Assembly: GCA_963708025.1 (NCBI GenBank)
Contig: CAVPSB010000034.1
Location: 64,001 to 128,000 of the forward strand
From: an uncultured Candidatus Rokubacteria bacterium
Lineage (GTDB): Bacteria; Methylomirabilota; Methylomirabilia; Rokubacteriales; DASRDR01
Length of the DNA: 64,000 nt
Direction: 5' to 3'
Part shown: piece by piece, positions 44,235 through 54,600 of the stretch
How positions within the stretch are numbered: position 1 is the stretch's first letter
Layout: every line of letters begins with the position of its first letter
The notes under the pieces: model-generated
Database searches by the model: none
Seen by the model: only the letters and a program-made list of their open reading frames with translations
Told to the model about the DNA's origin: nothing
Translations under genes and position numbers: made by a program

Positions 44235-45905
44235 GTGATCGAGCTCGAGACCCTCCTCCGCGCGGTCATGTCGCGGAAACCCTCCGACATCCACCTTCGC
44301 GTCGGGCTCCAGCCGATCCTCCGGATATCCAACAAGCTGGTCTCCTTCGAGGAGTTGCCCCCCCTGTCGGTGGACGATCTCGAGGACATGGCGCGGCGGC
44401 TGGTCTCCCCGGAGCGCTTCGCCCGGCTGGCCGCGATCGGGGGCGTCAACGTGCCGCTGACGTACCCCGAGCTGGGCCGGTTCCGACTGACCCTGCTGCA
44501 GGCCCGCGGCTACCCGTGCATCGCCATCCGCGCCCTGGCCCACCACGTCCCGACGCTGGAAACCCTGAACCTGCCGCCGGTGGTCGGCCGCTTCGCCACC
44601 GAGCGACGCGGGCTCGTCCTGGTGACCGGACCGGCTGGCTCGGGCAAGTCCACCACGCTGGCCGCCATGGTCGGCCTGATGAACCAGGAGCGGAACGACC
44701 ACGTCGTCACCATCGAGGACCCGATCGAGTACGTCCTCGAGAACGGCACGTGCTACATCACCCAGCGGGAGATCGGGGTGGACGTCCCGAACTACGACGC
44801 CGCGCTCCGGCTCGCTCTCCGCCAGGACCCGAACGTGGTGGTGGTCGGCGAGATGCGGGACGCCGAGACGTTCCGGGCGGTCCTGACGCTGGCCCAGACC
44901 GGCCACCTGGTTCTCTCCACGCTCCACACGGGCGGGGCGGTGGATACCGTGAACCGGATCATCACCGCCTTCCCCCACGCCCGTGAGACGTCGATCCGCG
45001 CCCAGCTCGCCCACGTGCTCAAGGGGGTGATCGGGCAGCGCCTCATCGAGCGGGCCGACGGCTCCGGGCTGCTGCCGGCGACCGAGATCCTCGTGATGAC
45101 CGGGAGCATCTTCCGGGCCATCATGGAGCCACACCTCACCGGGACGATCCCGACGATCATGTCCCGGAGCCGGGACCTCTTCGAGATGCAGACCTTCGAT
45201 CAGTGCGCCCTGGACCTCTTCCTCCGGGGCCTGATCACCGAGGACACCGCGATCCGCACCGCCAACTCGCCGATGGACTTCGAGGTCGCGCTGCGGCGCT
45301 CCCGCCAGTACACGCGCTTCGAGGCGCTGGCCAGCCAGGAGGGCCGGGCGGCCGGCTCCCGGATGGAGGCCATCGTGGTCCTGGAGGTCGTGGGCATGAC
45401 CGACCTCCTCATCACGCACGGCGACGACACCTTCCGCAAGTTCAGCGAGCGGGTGGCGGCCCAGCTCAGCCGCATGGCCAAGGAGTACCGGGCGCGGGCG
45501 ATCGAGCGCCACCTCGATGGCTTCCTCATGACCTTCCCGAACGTGGACTGGGCGGTCCTCACCCTCCGCTCCGTCTTCAACCGCCTCTCCGAGTTCAACG
45601 AGCTGACGGAGATGGAGGTTGCGTTCCGCGGCGCCCTCCACTACGGGAGCACCTGGGTGGACCCCCACTCGAACCGGGTCGGCGCCGCCGTCCACAAGGC
45701 CTTCCGGGTCTGCGCGGCCGTCGGGACCCCGGACGTCTGGGGGCCGGGCCGGCCGAGGGACAAGAACGTGGTGGTGGCGACCGAGGAGACCCGGGAGATG
45801 CTCTTCCCCTACAACGTCTCCTCGCGCCCGCTCGGCTCCATCCCCCTCAAGGGGTTCGAGGGCCTCCACCCCATCTACGAGCTGACCCTCGGACCCGGCA
45901 CGTGA
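44235..45905 (+). CDS. PilT/PilU-family ATPase fused to a class III nucleotide cyclase-like domain
   Basis: SDIHL, GPAGSGKST, TIEDPIE, GEMRD, TGHLVLSTLHT; C-terminal IVVLEVVGMT...DGF...RGALHYG...GAAVHKAFR...LKG. Confidence 0.88.
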   Translation: MIELETLLRAVMSRKPSDIHLRVGLQPILRISNKLVSFEELPPLSVDDLEDMARRLVSPERFARLAAIGGVNVPLTYPELGRFRLTLLQARGYPCIAIRALAHHVPTLETLNLPPVVGRFATERRGLVLVTGPAGSGKSTTLAAMVGLMNQERNDHVVTIEDPIEYVLENGTCYITQREIGVDVPNYDAALRLALRQDPNVVVVGEMRDAETFRAVLTLAQTGHLVLSTLHTGGAVDTVNRIITAFPHARETSIRAQLAHVLKGVIGQRLIERADGSGLLPATEILVMTGSIFRAIMEPHLTGTIPTIMSRSRDLFEMQTFDQCALDLFLRGLITEDTAIRTANSPMDFEVALRRSRQYTRFEALASQEGRAAGSRMEAIVVLEVVGMTDLLITHGDDTFRKFSERVAAQLSRMAKEYRARAIERHLDGFLMTFPNVDWAVLTLRSVFNRLSEFNELTEMEVAFRGALHYGSTWVDPHSNRVGAAVHKAFRVCAAVGTPDVWGPGRPRDKNVVVATEETREMLFPYNVSSRPLGSIPLKGFEGLHPIYELTLGPGT

Positions 45906-46666
45906 CGATCCGGGCCATCACCGTCAACTTCTGGGGCACCCTCCTCTTCGAGCCACCCGCGAGCGACGATCGCCACAAGCCGCGACGGCTCGCCGATTTC
46001 GAGACGATCCTGGGGGGAGCGGGAGTGACGGCCGGTCCCGCCGCGCTGGAGCGCGCCTACCGGGACTCGGCGGCGTTCCTGGGCCAGCTCTGGCAGCAGA
46101 ACCGGGACGTGCCGGTCGAGGACCACGTTCGGGCCATCCTGGTCGGCCTCGATCCCGAGCTCCCGCGCCGTCTCGCGGCCGAGGTCTTCCGCGATCTCGT
46201 GGAGGCCTACGCGCGGCCGGCTCTGCTGGCGCCGCCCGCCGTCAACACCGGCGCCCGGGAGGCGCTGACCGCGCTGGCCGAGCAGGGCTACCGGCTGGCC
46301 CTGGTGTCGAACACGATGCGGACGCCGGGGCGGATCCTGCGCGAGCTGCTCCGGCACTATGGCCTCCTGCCCTGCTTCGCCCACCTCACCTTCTCGGACG
46401 AGTGCGGGGTCCGGAAGCCCGAGCCGGCGATCTTCCACCGGACCCTGCGCGCGGTCGGCGCCGAGCCGGCCGAGGCGATCCACGTCGGCGACGATCCGGT
46501 TCTCGACGTCGAGGGTGCCCGGTCGGCCGGGATGCGGGTCATCCAGGTCACGACGACCCGCCCGCCGTGGCTGGGGCGCCACCGGCCCCACGCGACCATC
46601 CCGGACCTGGCGGGGCTCCCCGACGCGGTGGCCCGGCTCGACCGCCGCCGGCGCCGCCGGGACTGA
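45902..46666 (+). CDS. HAD-family hydrolase
   Basis: AITVNFWGTL (nucleophile position N rather than D), VSNT, RKPEPAIF, HVGDDPVLDVEGA. Confidence 0.88.
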   Translation: MTIRAITVNFWGTLLFEPPASDDRHKPRRLADFETILGGAGVTAGPAALERAYRDSAAFLGQLWQQNRDVPVEDHVRAILVGLDPELPRRLAAEVFRDLVEAYARPALLAPPAVNTGAREALTALAEQGYRLALVSNTMRTPGRILRELLRHYGLLPCFAHLTFSDECGVRKPEPAIFHRTLRAVGAEPAEAIHVGDDPVLDVEGARSAGMRVIQVTTTRPPWLGRHRPHATIPDLAGLPDAVARLDRRRRRRD

Positions 46667-46747
46667 ACCTCCCGGTGTCGGGAGTTCATCGTTGACGAGG
46701 TAGCGAGGACCGGCCCCTGCTTGCTACCCCAGGTTCGCGGAGAGGGC

Positions 46748-47344
46748 CTACCAGATGAACAGGATCACGGACGCGGCGAGGAGCGCTCCCATGGCGCCAT
46801 TGAAGATGCGCCGGGCGCGCTCGGAGCGCAGCCAGCGCTGCAAGACGGCGCCGAAGGCGAGCCAGGGGAAACAGCTGGGGAGGGACGCCAGCACGAAGAC
46901 GAGCCCGAAGGCGGCGGACTGACCCAGGGCGCTGCCCGCGCGGGCATCGAGGAAGGTCGCCGTCGCGCTGGCACAGACGAGCCATGACTTCGGGTTGATC
47001 CACTGAAAGGCCGCGGCGCCGGCGAATCCGACCGGCTTGCCGCCCGCGGTGGCACCGGCGCGGCCAGCCGTCGCGATCTTCCAGGCGAGCCAGCCCAGAA
47101 CCCCGGCCCCGCACCACTTGACGACCTCCAGGACGACGGGATTGCCGAGGATCACGCTCCCGAGACCGAAGGCCACGACGAACATCATCACCCCCATGCC
47201 GACGCTGACCCCGAGCAGGCAGGGCAGGCCGCGCAGCACGCCCACGTTCGCCCCTGTGGCCGTCAGCAGCGCGTTGCTGGGGCCCGGCGTGCCGGCCGCG
47301 GCGACCGAGAAGACGAAGAAGGCGAGGGCCTGCTCCAGCGTCAT
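46748..47344 (-). CDS. LysE-family translocator
   Basis: AGTPGPSN, FQWINPKSW. Confidence 0.92.
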   Translation of the reverse strand: MTLEQALAFFVFSVAAAGTPGPSNALLTATGANVGVLRGLPCLLGVSVGMGVMMFVVAFGLGSVILGNPVVLEVVKWCGAGVLGWLAWKIATAGRAGATAGGKPVGFAGAAAFQWINPKSWLVCASATATFLDARAGSALGQSAAFGLVFVLASLPSCFPWLAFGAVLQRWLRSERARRIFNGAMGALLAASVILFIW

Positions 47345-47380
47345 TCCGGTCACCCCACCCGTCTCTGGTAGACTCGCCGC

Positions 47381-48298
47381 ATGGCGCCGATGATGGGCCG
47401 ATCGGGCGGGGAGGGTCTTGAACGTTCGTGCGGAGGGGACGACTGGGTGCAGGGTCGCGAGCCGATCGGGGGCGTCGAGCTGCTCCGGGCCTGGTTCGGC
47501 GGGCGCGCCTACGCCAGGCATCGCCACGACACCTACGCGATCGGCGTGACCGAGGCCGGTGTCCAGATGTTCGACTATCGCGGCCGGGTCGAGCGCAGCA
47601 CGCCGGGCCAGGTCGTCGTGCTCCACCCCGACGAAGCGCACGACGGCCGCGCCGGCGCGAAGGGCGGGTTCGGCTACCGGATCGTCTATGTCGACCCGGC
47701 GCGCATCGCCGCCGCCGTCCGCGCGATCACCGGTCGCCCGACGCCGCTGCCCTTCGTCGGCGCGCCCGTTTCGCGCAACCCGACGCTGGCGGGCGCCGTC
47801 ACGGCCGCATTCCGGTCGGCGCCGGAGCCCCTGGCGCTGGACGCTCTCGTTCTGCGATTGGCCGAAGGCCTGATCGAAGGGGGTCCGGACGGCCCATCCG
47901 CTGGCGCCCCCCGCCGTCTCGACCACGCGGCGCTCGCGCGGGGCCGTGCTTTCCTGGACAGCCGCCGCGCCATCGTGCGGTCGGCCGAGCTGGAGGCGGT
48001 CACCGGGCTGAGCCGCTACGAGCTCGCCCGCCAGTTCCGGGCATGGTACGGGACGAGCCCCTACCGCTATTCGCTCATGCGGCGGCTCGATTTCGCGCGG
48101 AGCCAGCTGTGCGGCGGGAGACCGCTGGCCGAGCTGGCGCTGACGGCGGGCTTTGCCGACCAGGCGCACTTCACGCGCATGTTCAGATCGGCCTACGGCG
48201 TCACGCCGGGACGCTACGCGAGGCTTCACGCCGCGGGAGCCGCCTGGACCGCCAGGATGGGCCCGATGCCCACCTTTTCGGCCACCGGGCGGGCCTAG
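47381..48298 (+). CDS. AraC-family transcriptional regulator
   Basis: RHRHDTYAIG cupin domain; GFADQAHFTRMFRSAYGVTPG. Confidence 0.93.
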   Translation: MAPMMGRSGGEGLERSCGGDDWVQGREPIGGVELLRAWFGGRAYARHRHDTYAIGVTEAGVQMFDYRGRVERSTPGQVVVLHPDEAHDGRAGAKGGFGYRIVYVDPARIAAAVRAITGRPTPLPFVGAPVSRNPTLAGAVTAAFRSAPEPLALDALVLRLAEGLIEGGPDGPSAGAPRRLDHAALARGRAFLDSRRAIVRSAELEAVTGLSRYELARQFRAWYGTSPYRYSLMRRLDFARSQLCGGRPLAELALTAGFADQAHFTRMFRSAYGVTPGRYARLHAAGAAWTARMGPMPTFSATGRA

Positions 48299-48397
48299 AG
48301 CGGCCGGCGCCGCCCGAAGGAGAGGAGGGCGAACTCGCGTGGCTCGAGGTTCTGCTGGACCGACACCGCGCGGATGCCGCTCACCATGTCGGCGACC
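48296..48397 (-). pseudogene. Hydantoinase/oxoprolinase A remnant
   Basis: VADMVSGIRAVSVQQNLEPREFALLSFG resembles the family motif M..AIR.VS...G.DPR.F.L..FGG. Confidence 0.5.
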
Positions 48398-48405
48398 CGG
48401 GAACC

Positions 48406-49179
48406 TCAGGGCCGCACGGCGGGCGCCTCGAACGCCATCCCGCGCGCGCGCCACATGAGGTAGAGCTCGAGATCGACGAGCTCGGGGGCGCCGTATTCGT
48501 ACGGTTCCGCGCGGATCCCGACGAGACAGTTGCGCAGCCGGCGCTGGAGCGAGCCGAGCCCCTGCCACTCCAGCCGGTAGAGCGGGTACCCGGTCGGGTG
48601 CGCCTGCGGGATGACGTTGCCCGCGAGCCGCCGCCCCCAGTGGTCGTCGTGACACTGGCTGCAGGCAAGATTGAGCTGGCCCTGGCGCCGATGGAAGGTC
48701 GCGCGGCCGGCGTCGAGGAACGGCTGCGTCCGTGCGTCGATCGCGAGGTCGATCGGCAGGCCGCGCGACTGGCGCGCGACGTAGGCGGTCAGCATCAGGA
48801 GATCCCGGCTCTCGTAGGCGAGCGGCGGCGCCTTCTGCCGGTCGGCGCGGCAGAGGTTGATGCGCTGCTCGAGGTTGACCGGCCGGCCCTGCGCGGCGTC
48901 GAACGACGGGTGGCGCGCGGCCACGCCCTTCATGCTGGTGCGGGCATCGCCGTGACAATCGGCGCAGGCGCGGCCGGCGGCGCCGGTCTTCCGGTTCCAC
49001 AGGGATTCGCCCTCGAGCACCCAGAGCATCCCGGGGTTCGCGGTGTCGTCGTCCTGCATCGCGCGCGTCTCACGGCTCATGAAGTCGTAGCCGGAGCGGC
49101 GGTCGGCGGGCGGGATCTCGCCGGCGAATGCCGCCGCCGCCAGCGCCATCGCGCCCACCGCGGCGCCGAATCGCCGCAC
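48406..49179 (-). CDS. soxA: SoxA diheme cytochrome c
   Basis: CADCH, CSQCH, YPLYRLEWQ, RRLRNC active-site Cys, PAVRP. Confidence 0.93.
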   Translation of the reverse strand: MRRFGAAVGAMALAAAAFAGEIPPADRRSGYDFMSRETRAMQDDDTANPGMLWVLEGESLWNRKTGAAGRACADCHGDARTSMKGVAARHPSFDAAQGRPVNLEQRINLCRADRQKAPPLAYESRDLLMLTAYVARQSRGLPIDLAIDARTQPFLDAGRATFHRRQGQLNLACSQCHDDHWGRRLAGNVIPQAHPTGYPLYRLEWQGLGSLQRRLRNCLVGIRAEPYEYGAPELVDLELYLMWRARGMAFEAPAVRP

Positions 49180-49499
49180 TACTCGACGGTGATGGCGACC
49201 GACTCCGTCACCGAGAAGCCGTTGTCGCCCGTCCAGTGGAACGCGAGCGTTCCGCTCTCCGTGGCGACCGTCGAGAACACGATGAACGGATTCGCGGCGA
49301 TCGCGGGGTGGAGCTCGGCGCGGAAGACTTCGGTGCCGTTGTAGGTGCACACGAACGACCTGATGATGTCGCGCGGGATCGGCGCGCCGAACTGGGTGCG
49401 GCGATACCCGGTCTCCATCGGGTGCGAGATCAGCGTCTTGATCTCGATGACCTCGCCGCGCTTCGCCCGGGCCGGGACGTTGATGAGCGCGCTCGCCAC
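49179..49499 (-). CDS. soxZ: SoxZ
   Basis: IEIKTLISHPMETGYRR, IAANP. Confidence 0.92.
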   Translation of the reverse strand: MASALINVPARAKRGEVIEIKTLISHPMETGYRRTQFGAPIPRDIIRSFVCTYNGTEVFRAELHPAIAANPFIVFSTVATESGTLAFHWTGDNGFSVTESVAITVE

Positions 49500-49501
49500 G
49501 G

Positions 49502-49975
49502 CTACGCGTCCTCCAGACACGCGGCGAGCGTCACCACGACGTCGACGCTCGCGGACCAGAACGAGCCGTCGCTCAGCTCCGAGATCGCGACCACGGTCTG
49601 GGTGTCGGCGAGGCGGATGCGGGTCGCCACGCGCGCTCGCCCGGCGCGCGGCCCGAGGCGGAAGCTCACGACCTCGGGCTGCGGGTTCTTCTCGGTGAAG
49701 ACGTGGATGGCCCGCACGTGGTCGGCCTCGGTCATCGGGCTCTCGACGCTGACCGCGAGCGGCACGGTGTTGCCGTTCTCGACCAGCGGCGGCAGCTCGA
49801 GCTTCACCTTGCCCGCGGTGAGGCGAGCCGTGCCCACCACCTTGGCGATCGCCTCCTGCATCGCCGCGGGCGTGGCGCGCGCGGGCGCGACCGTCATCAC
49901 GGACGCGAGCCCGACACCCGCCGCGGCGCCGCCGGCGGCCACGAGAAATTCGCGACGCGAGGTGCGACGGCTCAT
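49502..49975 (-). CDS. soxY: SoxY-like carrier with AACLE C-terminus, Tat signal
   Basis: SRREFL; PPLVENGNTVP; EKNPQP; TRIRL; VTLAACLEDA. Confidence 0.88.
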   Translation of the reverse strand: MSRRTSRREFLVAAGGAAAGVGLASVMTVAPARATPAAMQEAIAKVVGTARLTAGKVKLELPPLVENGNTVPLAVSVESPMTEADHVRAIHVFTEKNPQPEVVSFRLGPRAGRARVATRIRLADTQTVVAISELSDGSFWSASVDVVVTLAACLEDA

Positions 49976-50389
49976 TCAGTCCTTCAACGTCATCAAGAAG
50001 GCCACGACGTCCTCGATCTGCTCCGCGCTCAAGACGGGTTTGCCGCGCCAGGCCGGCGCCACCCGCGCCAGCCCCTCGGTCCGATGATACGCCGGCATGA
50101 TCGTCGCGGGGTTGATCCGGCCCGAATCGACGATCCGGAGCCGCAGCTGGCCTTCGGACCAGCGCGCGCCGGCTCCCCTGAGATCGGGCGCAAGATCGCC
50201 CTGGAACCGCTCCTCCGGGAACGGCCCGCTGTGACAGAGCAGGCACAGGCCGACCTGGCGGTTCGTGACGATCGCGCGGCCACGCGCCGGATCGCCCTTG
50301 GCGCCGGTGAGCGAAGCCGGCATCGCATCCTGGCCACTCGCCACGCCCGCCATGCAGCAGACCGCGACGATCGCGGCCGCCGATCTCAC
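49976..50389 (-). CDS. soxX: SoxX monoheme cytochrome c
   Basis: GDPARGR, CLLCH, GDLAPDL, TIMPAY. Confidence 0.92.
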   Translation of the reverse strand: MRSAAAIVAVCCMAGVASGQDAMPASLTGAKGDPARGRAIVTNRQVGLCLLCHSGPFPEERFQGDLAPDLRGAGARWSEGQLRLRIVDSGRINPATIMPAYHRTEGLARVAPAWRGKPVLSAEQIEDVVAFLMTLKD

Positions 50390-51660
50390 CCGAACACCTC
50401 GCCGGTGATCGTGCGGAACCAGGCCTCGGCCAGCACGGCCTCGGCCGCCCGCGTCGCGCGCGGCGCGTCCAGGGGGCTGACGCCGCCGGAGCCGGGGACC
50501 TCGGCGAGCTGTCCGCCCGAAGGCGCGTAGACGCCGGCGACCGAGATCCCGTAGTCGGGCGCGACGAGGCTGTAGCAGGTGTTGATGAGCTTGGGCGCGG
50601 ACGGCGCGGCGCCGGTGAGGAGCCGCGCCACCGCCGCCGCGCACGTCTTGGCCTGCGCGTTCGCGGCGAAGGCCGATTTCGGCATCGCGCCGGCGATCGC
50701 GGCGTCGCCGATGACGTGAATGCGCGCCTGCAGCTTCGACTCGAACGTCACCGGATCGATCGGGCACCAGCCGCTGCGGTCGGCGACGCCGGCGGCGTCC
50801 GCGATGCGGCCCGCCTTCTGCGGCGGGATGACGTTGGCCACTTTCGCCTGGTGCCGGCCGAAATCGGTCACCAGCGTGCGGGTCGCGGCGTCCACCGAGG
50901 TGACGTTGCCGCCCTTGGACAGCGGCACCCACTCGAGCAGGCCCGGGTACAGCTCGGCCCAGGCGGCCTGGAACAGCCGCTGCTTGGAGAACGCGTCCTT
51001 GGCGTCGAGGACGATCAGCTTGGAGCGCGGCTTGCTCGTCTTGAGGTAGTGCGCGATCAGGCTGGCGCGCTCGTAGGGCCCGGGCGGGCAGCGGAACGGG
51101 TTCGCCGGCGCCGAGATGACGACGAGCCCGCCATCGTCCATGGCCTCGAGCTGGCGGCGCAGGAGCAGCGTCTGCTCGCCCGCGCGCCAGGCGTGCGGCA
51201 TGTGGGCGGCCGCCGCCTCGTCGTAGCCGGGAAGCGCGCCCCAGCGGATGTCGATGCCGGGCGCCAGCACCAGCCGGTCGTACGGCAGGCGCGTGCCCTC
51301 GGCGAGCGTGACCGACCGCGCCTGGGCGTCGACCGCGGTCGCCGTCGCGCGGACGACGGCGATGCCGTCGGCGGCGACGCGCTCGTACGTGAACTGCTGC
51401 GCGGAGAGCTCTCGCCGGCCGCCGATCACGACGTTGCTGAACGGGCAGGCGGTGAACGTCGCGTTCGCCTCGACCAGCGTCACGGCGATGCGCGGGTCGG
51501 CCTGCCGGAGCGCGCGGGCGCAGCTCGCGCCGGCGAACCCTCCACCCACCACGACGACGCGCGGCGCGGCTCCTTGGGCGAAGGCGGGAGCGGGGAACAG
51601 GGCGGCCGAGGCGGTGGCCGCCACACCGAGCCTCAGGAACTCGCGGCGACCCGGCTTCAC
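50386..51660 (-). CDS. fccB: Flavocytochrome c sulfide dehydrogenase flavoprotein (SoxF/FccB)
   Basis: Tat GRREFL; VVGGGFAG; CPFSN; RCPPGPYERAS; NTCYSL. Confidence 0.92.
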   Translation of the reverse strand: MKPGRREFLRLGVAATASAALFPAPAFAQGAAPRVVVVGGGFAGASCARALRQADPRIAVTLVEANATFTACPFSNVVIGGRRELSAQQFTYERVAADGIAVVRATATAVDAQARSVTLAEGTRLPYDRLVLAPGIDIRWGALPGYDEAAAAHMPHAWRAGEQTLLLRRQLEAMDDGGLVVISAPANPFRCPPGPYERASLIAHYLKTSKPRSKLIVLDAKDAFSKQRLFQAAWAELYPGLLEWVPLSKGGNVTSVDAATRTLVTDFGRHQAKVANVIPPQKAGRIADAAGVADRSGWCPIDPVTFESKLQARIHVIGDAAIAGAMPKSAFAANAQAKTCAAAVARLLTGAAPSAPKLINTCYSLVAPDYGISVAGVYAPSGGQLAEVPGSGGVSPLDAPRATRAAEAVLAEAWFRTITGEVFG

Positions 51661-51949
51661 GGCTGCGCGGCGTACCAGGCGGCGATCGCCTGGATCTCCT
51701 CGTCGGTGAAGCCCTTGGCGATCCGGTCCATGACCGTCGCCGCCCGCGCCCCCGAGCGGAAGTCCTGCAGGGCCTTGACGATCGCGGCCCGATCGAGCCC
51801 GGCCAGCCGCGGCACCGGCGACGTCACGCGTGCCGACGCGGGATGACAGCCGGAGCACGCCGCGGCGCCGGCGGGCGGCTCCGCCGACGCCGCCAGCGGC
51901 CGCGGCGATCGAGAGGAGCCCGATCGCAGCGGCCACGAGCCTTCGACAT
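51657..51949 (-). CDS. Monoheme cytochrome c (FccA-like; frameshift in signal region)
   Basis: AAACSGCH...PRLAG...VMDRIAKGFTDEEIQAIAAWY. Confidence 0.8.
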
Positions 51950-51954
51950 CCGCC

Positions 51955-54136
51955 TCACACCATCTGGATACCGTGGTTCTTCAGCGGGAACGTGCGGATG
52001 CGCCGGCCGGTCGCGTCGAAGTACGCGTTCAGGACCGCCGGCGCCGCCACGCAGATCGTCGGCTCCCCGACCCCGCCCCAGAACCCGCCGGACGGCATGA
52101 TGATCGACTCGACCTTCGGCATCTGCGCGATCCGCATCGAGTCGTAGCTGTGGAAGTTCTCCTGCTCGATGCGGCCGGCCTTGACCGTGCACTCCTCCAT
52201 GAACAGCGCGGACAGGCCGTAGACGAACGACCCGGAGATCTGCCGCTCGATCTGCGCCGGGTTGACGGCATACCCGGAATCGGTCGCGGCGACGATGCGC
52301 CGGACCTTCACCTTGGTGCCGTCGCTGACGGAGATCTCCGCGCACGCCGCCACGTAGCTGCCGAACGCCATCATCTGCGCCAGACCGCGATGCACGCCCT
52401 GCGGCGCCGGCTTGCCCCAGCCCGCGCGATCGGCCACCGCGTTCAGCACGGCCAGGTGCTTGGGATGCTTGCTCATCAGCTTGCGCCGGAACTCGAGCGC
52501 ATCCTGGCCGGCGGCATGCGCCAGCTCGTCCATGAAGCATTCCATGAAGATGGCGTTCTGGTTGATGTTCACGCCGCGCCAGAACCCCGGCGGGACGTGC
52601 GTGTTGCGCATCGCATGGTCGATCAAGAGATTGGGGACGCTGTACCCGAACGCGAAATCACCGCTCGGGTCGAGCCCCTGGAAGGCCAGATTGTCCCTCC
52701 CGTCCTGGAGGTTCTGCGGGAACACGGCCGCGATGATGGACTGGCCGGACAGGCGGCAGTGCAGCCCCGTCAGATTCCCGGCCGCGTCCAGCGCCCCGGT
52801 CAGCTTCGCCTGCATGACCGGGTGATACCGGCCGTGGGTCATGTCCTCCTCGCGCGACCACAGGAGCTTCACGTGCGTGCCCGGAATCTGCTTGGCGATC
52901 AGGACGGCCTGGGTCACGTAGTCGTGGAAGGCCCCCCGCCGGCCGAAGCCGCCACCGAGATTGAGCTTGTAGACCTCGCACTTGTCGGCCGGCAGACCGG
53001 ACGCGGCCAGCGTCGCCGCGAATGCGGCCTCGCCATTCTGCGTCGGGACCCAGACCTCGCAGCGATCCGCCGTGTACTTCGCCGTCGCGTTCATCGGCTC
53101 CATCGGCGCGTGGTTCTGGAACGGATAGGCGTACACCGCCTCGACCTTCTTCGACCGCGCCCGCGATGGCTGCCTTCACGTCGCCGCTCTGGTTGCGCAC
53201 GAAGGCCTGATCGGCATCGAGGCCGGCCTTCAGCATCTCGGCGATCGTCGCGCTCGACACCGCGGCGTTCGGGCCCTCGTCCCAGACGATGGGCAGCGCG
53301 TCGAGCGCGGTCTTCGCCTGCCACCACGTGTCGGCCACGACGGCGACCGCGGAATCGCCGACCGGCACCACGTGCCGGACGCCGGGCATGCCCGTCACCT
53401 TGGCGGCCTCGAAGCTCTTCACCTTGCCGCCGAACACCGGACAGTCCTTGATCGCGGCATTGAGCATCCCGGGGAACCTCAGGTCGAAGCCGTAGACCTG
53501 CGCCCCGGTCACCTTCGGCAGCGTGTCGAGGCGCTTCACCGACTTGCCGATGAGCTTCCAGTCCTTCGGGTCCTTGAGCGCCACGCTCGCCGGCGGGGTC
53601 AGCTTCGCGGCGGCCTCCGCGACCTTGCCGTACGTGGTCGTGCGGCCGGTGGGCTTGTGCGTGATCACGCTGTTGGCGGCGCTGCACTCCGAGGCCGGCA
53701 CCCCCCAGGCGTCGGCCGCGGCCTGGACCAGCATCACCCGCGCGGTGGCGCCGCCCTGGCGGACGTACTCGTGCGACGTCCGGATGCCGCGGCTGCCGCC
53801 CGTGGAGAAATCGCCCCACACGCGCTTGCGCGCGACGCTCTGGCCGGGCGTCGGGTACTCGGTCGTCACCTTCGACCAGTCGCACTCGAGCTCCTCGGCC
53901 ACCATCTGCGCGAGGCCGGTGAGCGTGCCCTGCCCCATCTCGGACCGCGCGATCCGGATCACGACCGTGTCGTCCGGGCGGATGACCACCCAGGCGGTGA
54001 TCTCGGGCGAGCCGTCCTGGGCGCGGACCACGCTCGTGCCGAACGGGATCTTCAGGCCCAGGGCGAGCCCGGCGCCGACGGCGGTGGTGCCCACGATGAA
54101 GGAGCGGCGATCGATCCTCGCAGTCTTGGTGATCAT
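51955..54136 (-). CDS. Xanthine-dehydrogenase-family molybdopterin subunit (IorB-like, Tat; frameshift ~53150)
   Basis: [28 protein letters not shown]. Confidence 0.92.
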
Positions 54137-54149
54137 GGCCCGTTCCCCC

Positions 54150-54600
54150 TTATGCCTTCGCCGCGGCGTGGATCGCTTCGCGCACCTGCTGGAACGTGCC
54201 GCACCGGCAGATGTTCGTGATCGAGGCGTCGATGTCGGCATCGGTCGGCATCGGCTTGTCCTTCAGGAGCGCGGCCACCGCCATGATCATCCCGGACTGG
54301 CAATAGCCGCACTGCGGCACGTCGTGCTCGACCCAGGCCTTCTGCACCTTGTGCAGGACGCCACCGGTGGCGAGGCCTTCGATGGTGGTGATCTGCTTGC
54401 CCTCCACCGCGCCGACGGGCATCACGCAGGAGCGGACCGGCCTGGCCGTCGATGTGCACCGTGCACGCGCCGCACTGCGCCACGCCGCAGCCGTACTTGG
54501 TGCCCGTCAGGCCGACCTGCTCCCGGATGGCCCACAGCAGGGGTGTGCTGGGATCGACGTTGACCTCGCTGGTTCTGCCGTTGATCGTCAGGCGTGCCAT
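54150..54600 (-). CDS. (2Fe-2S) subunit, IorA-like (frameshift ~54440)
   Basis: [28 protein letters not shown]. Confidence 0.92.
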
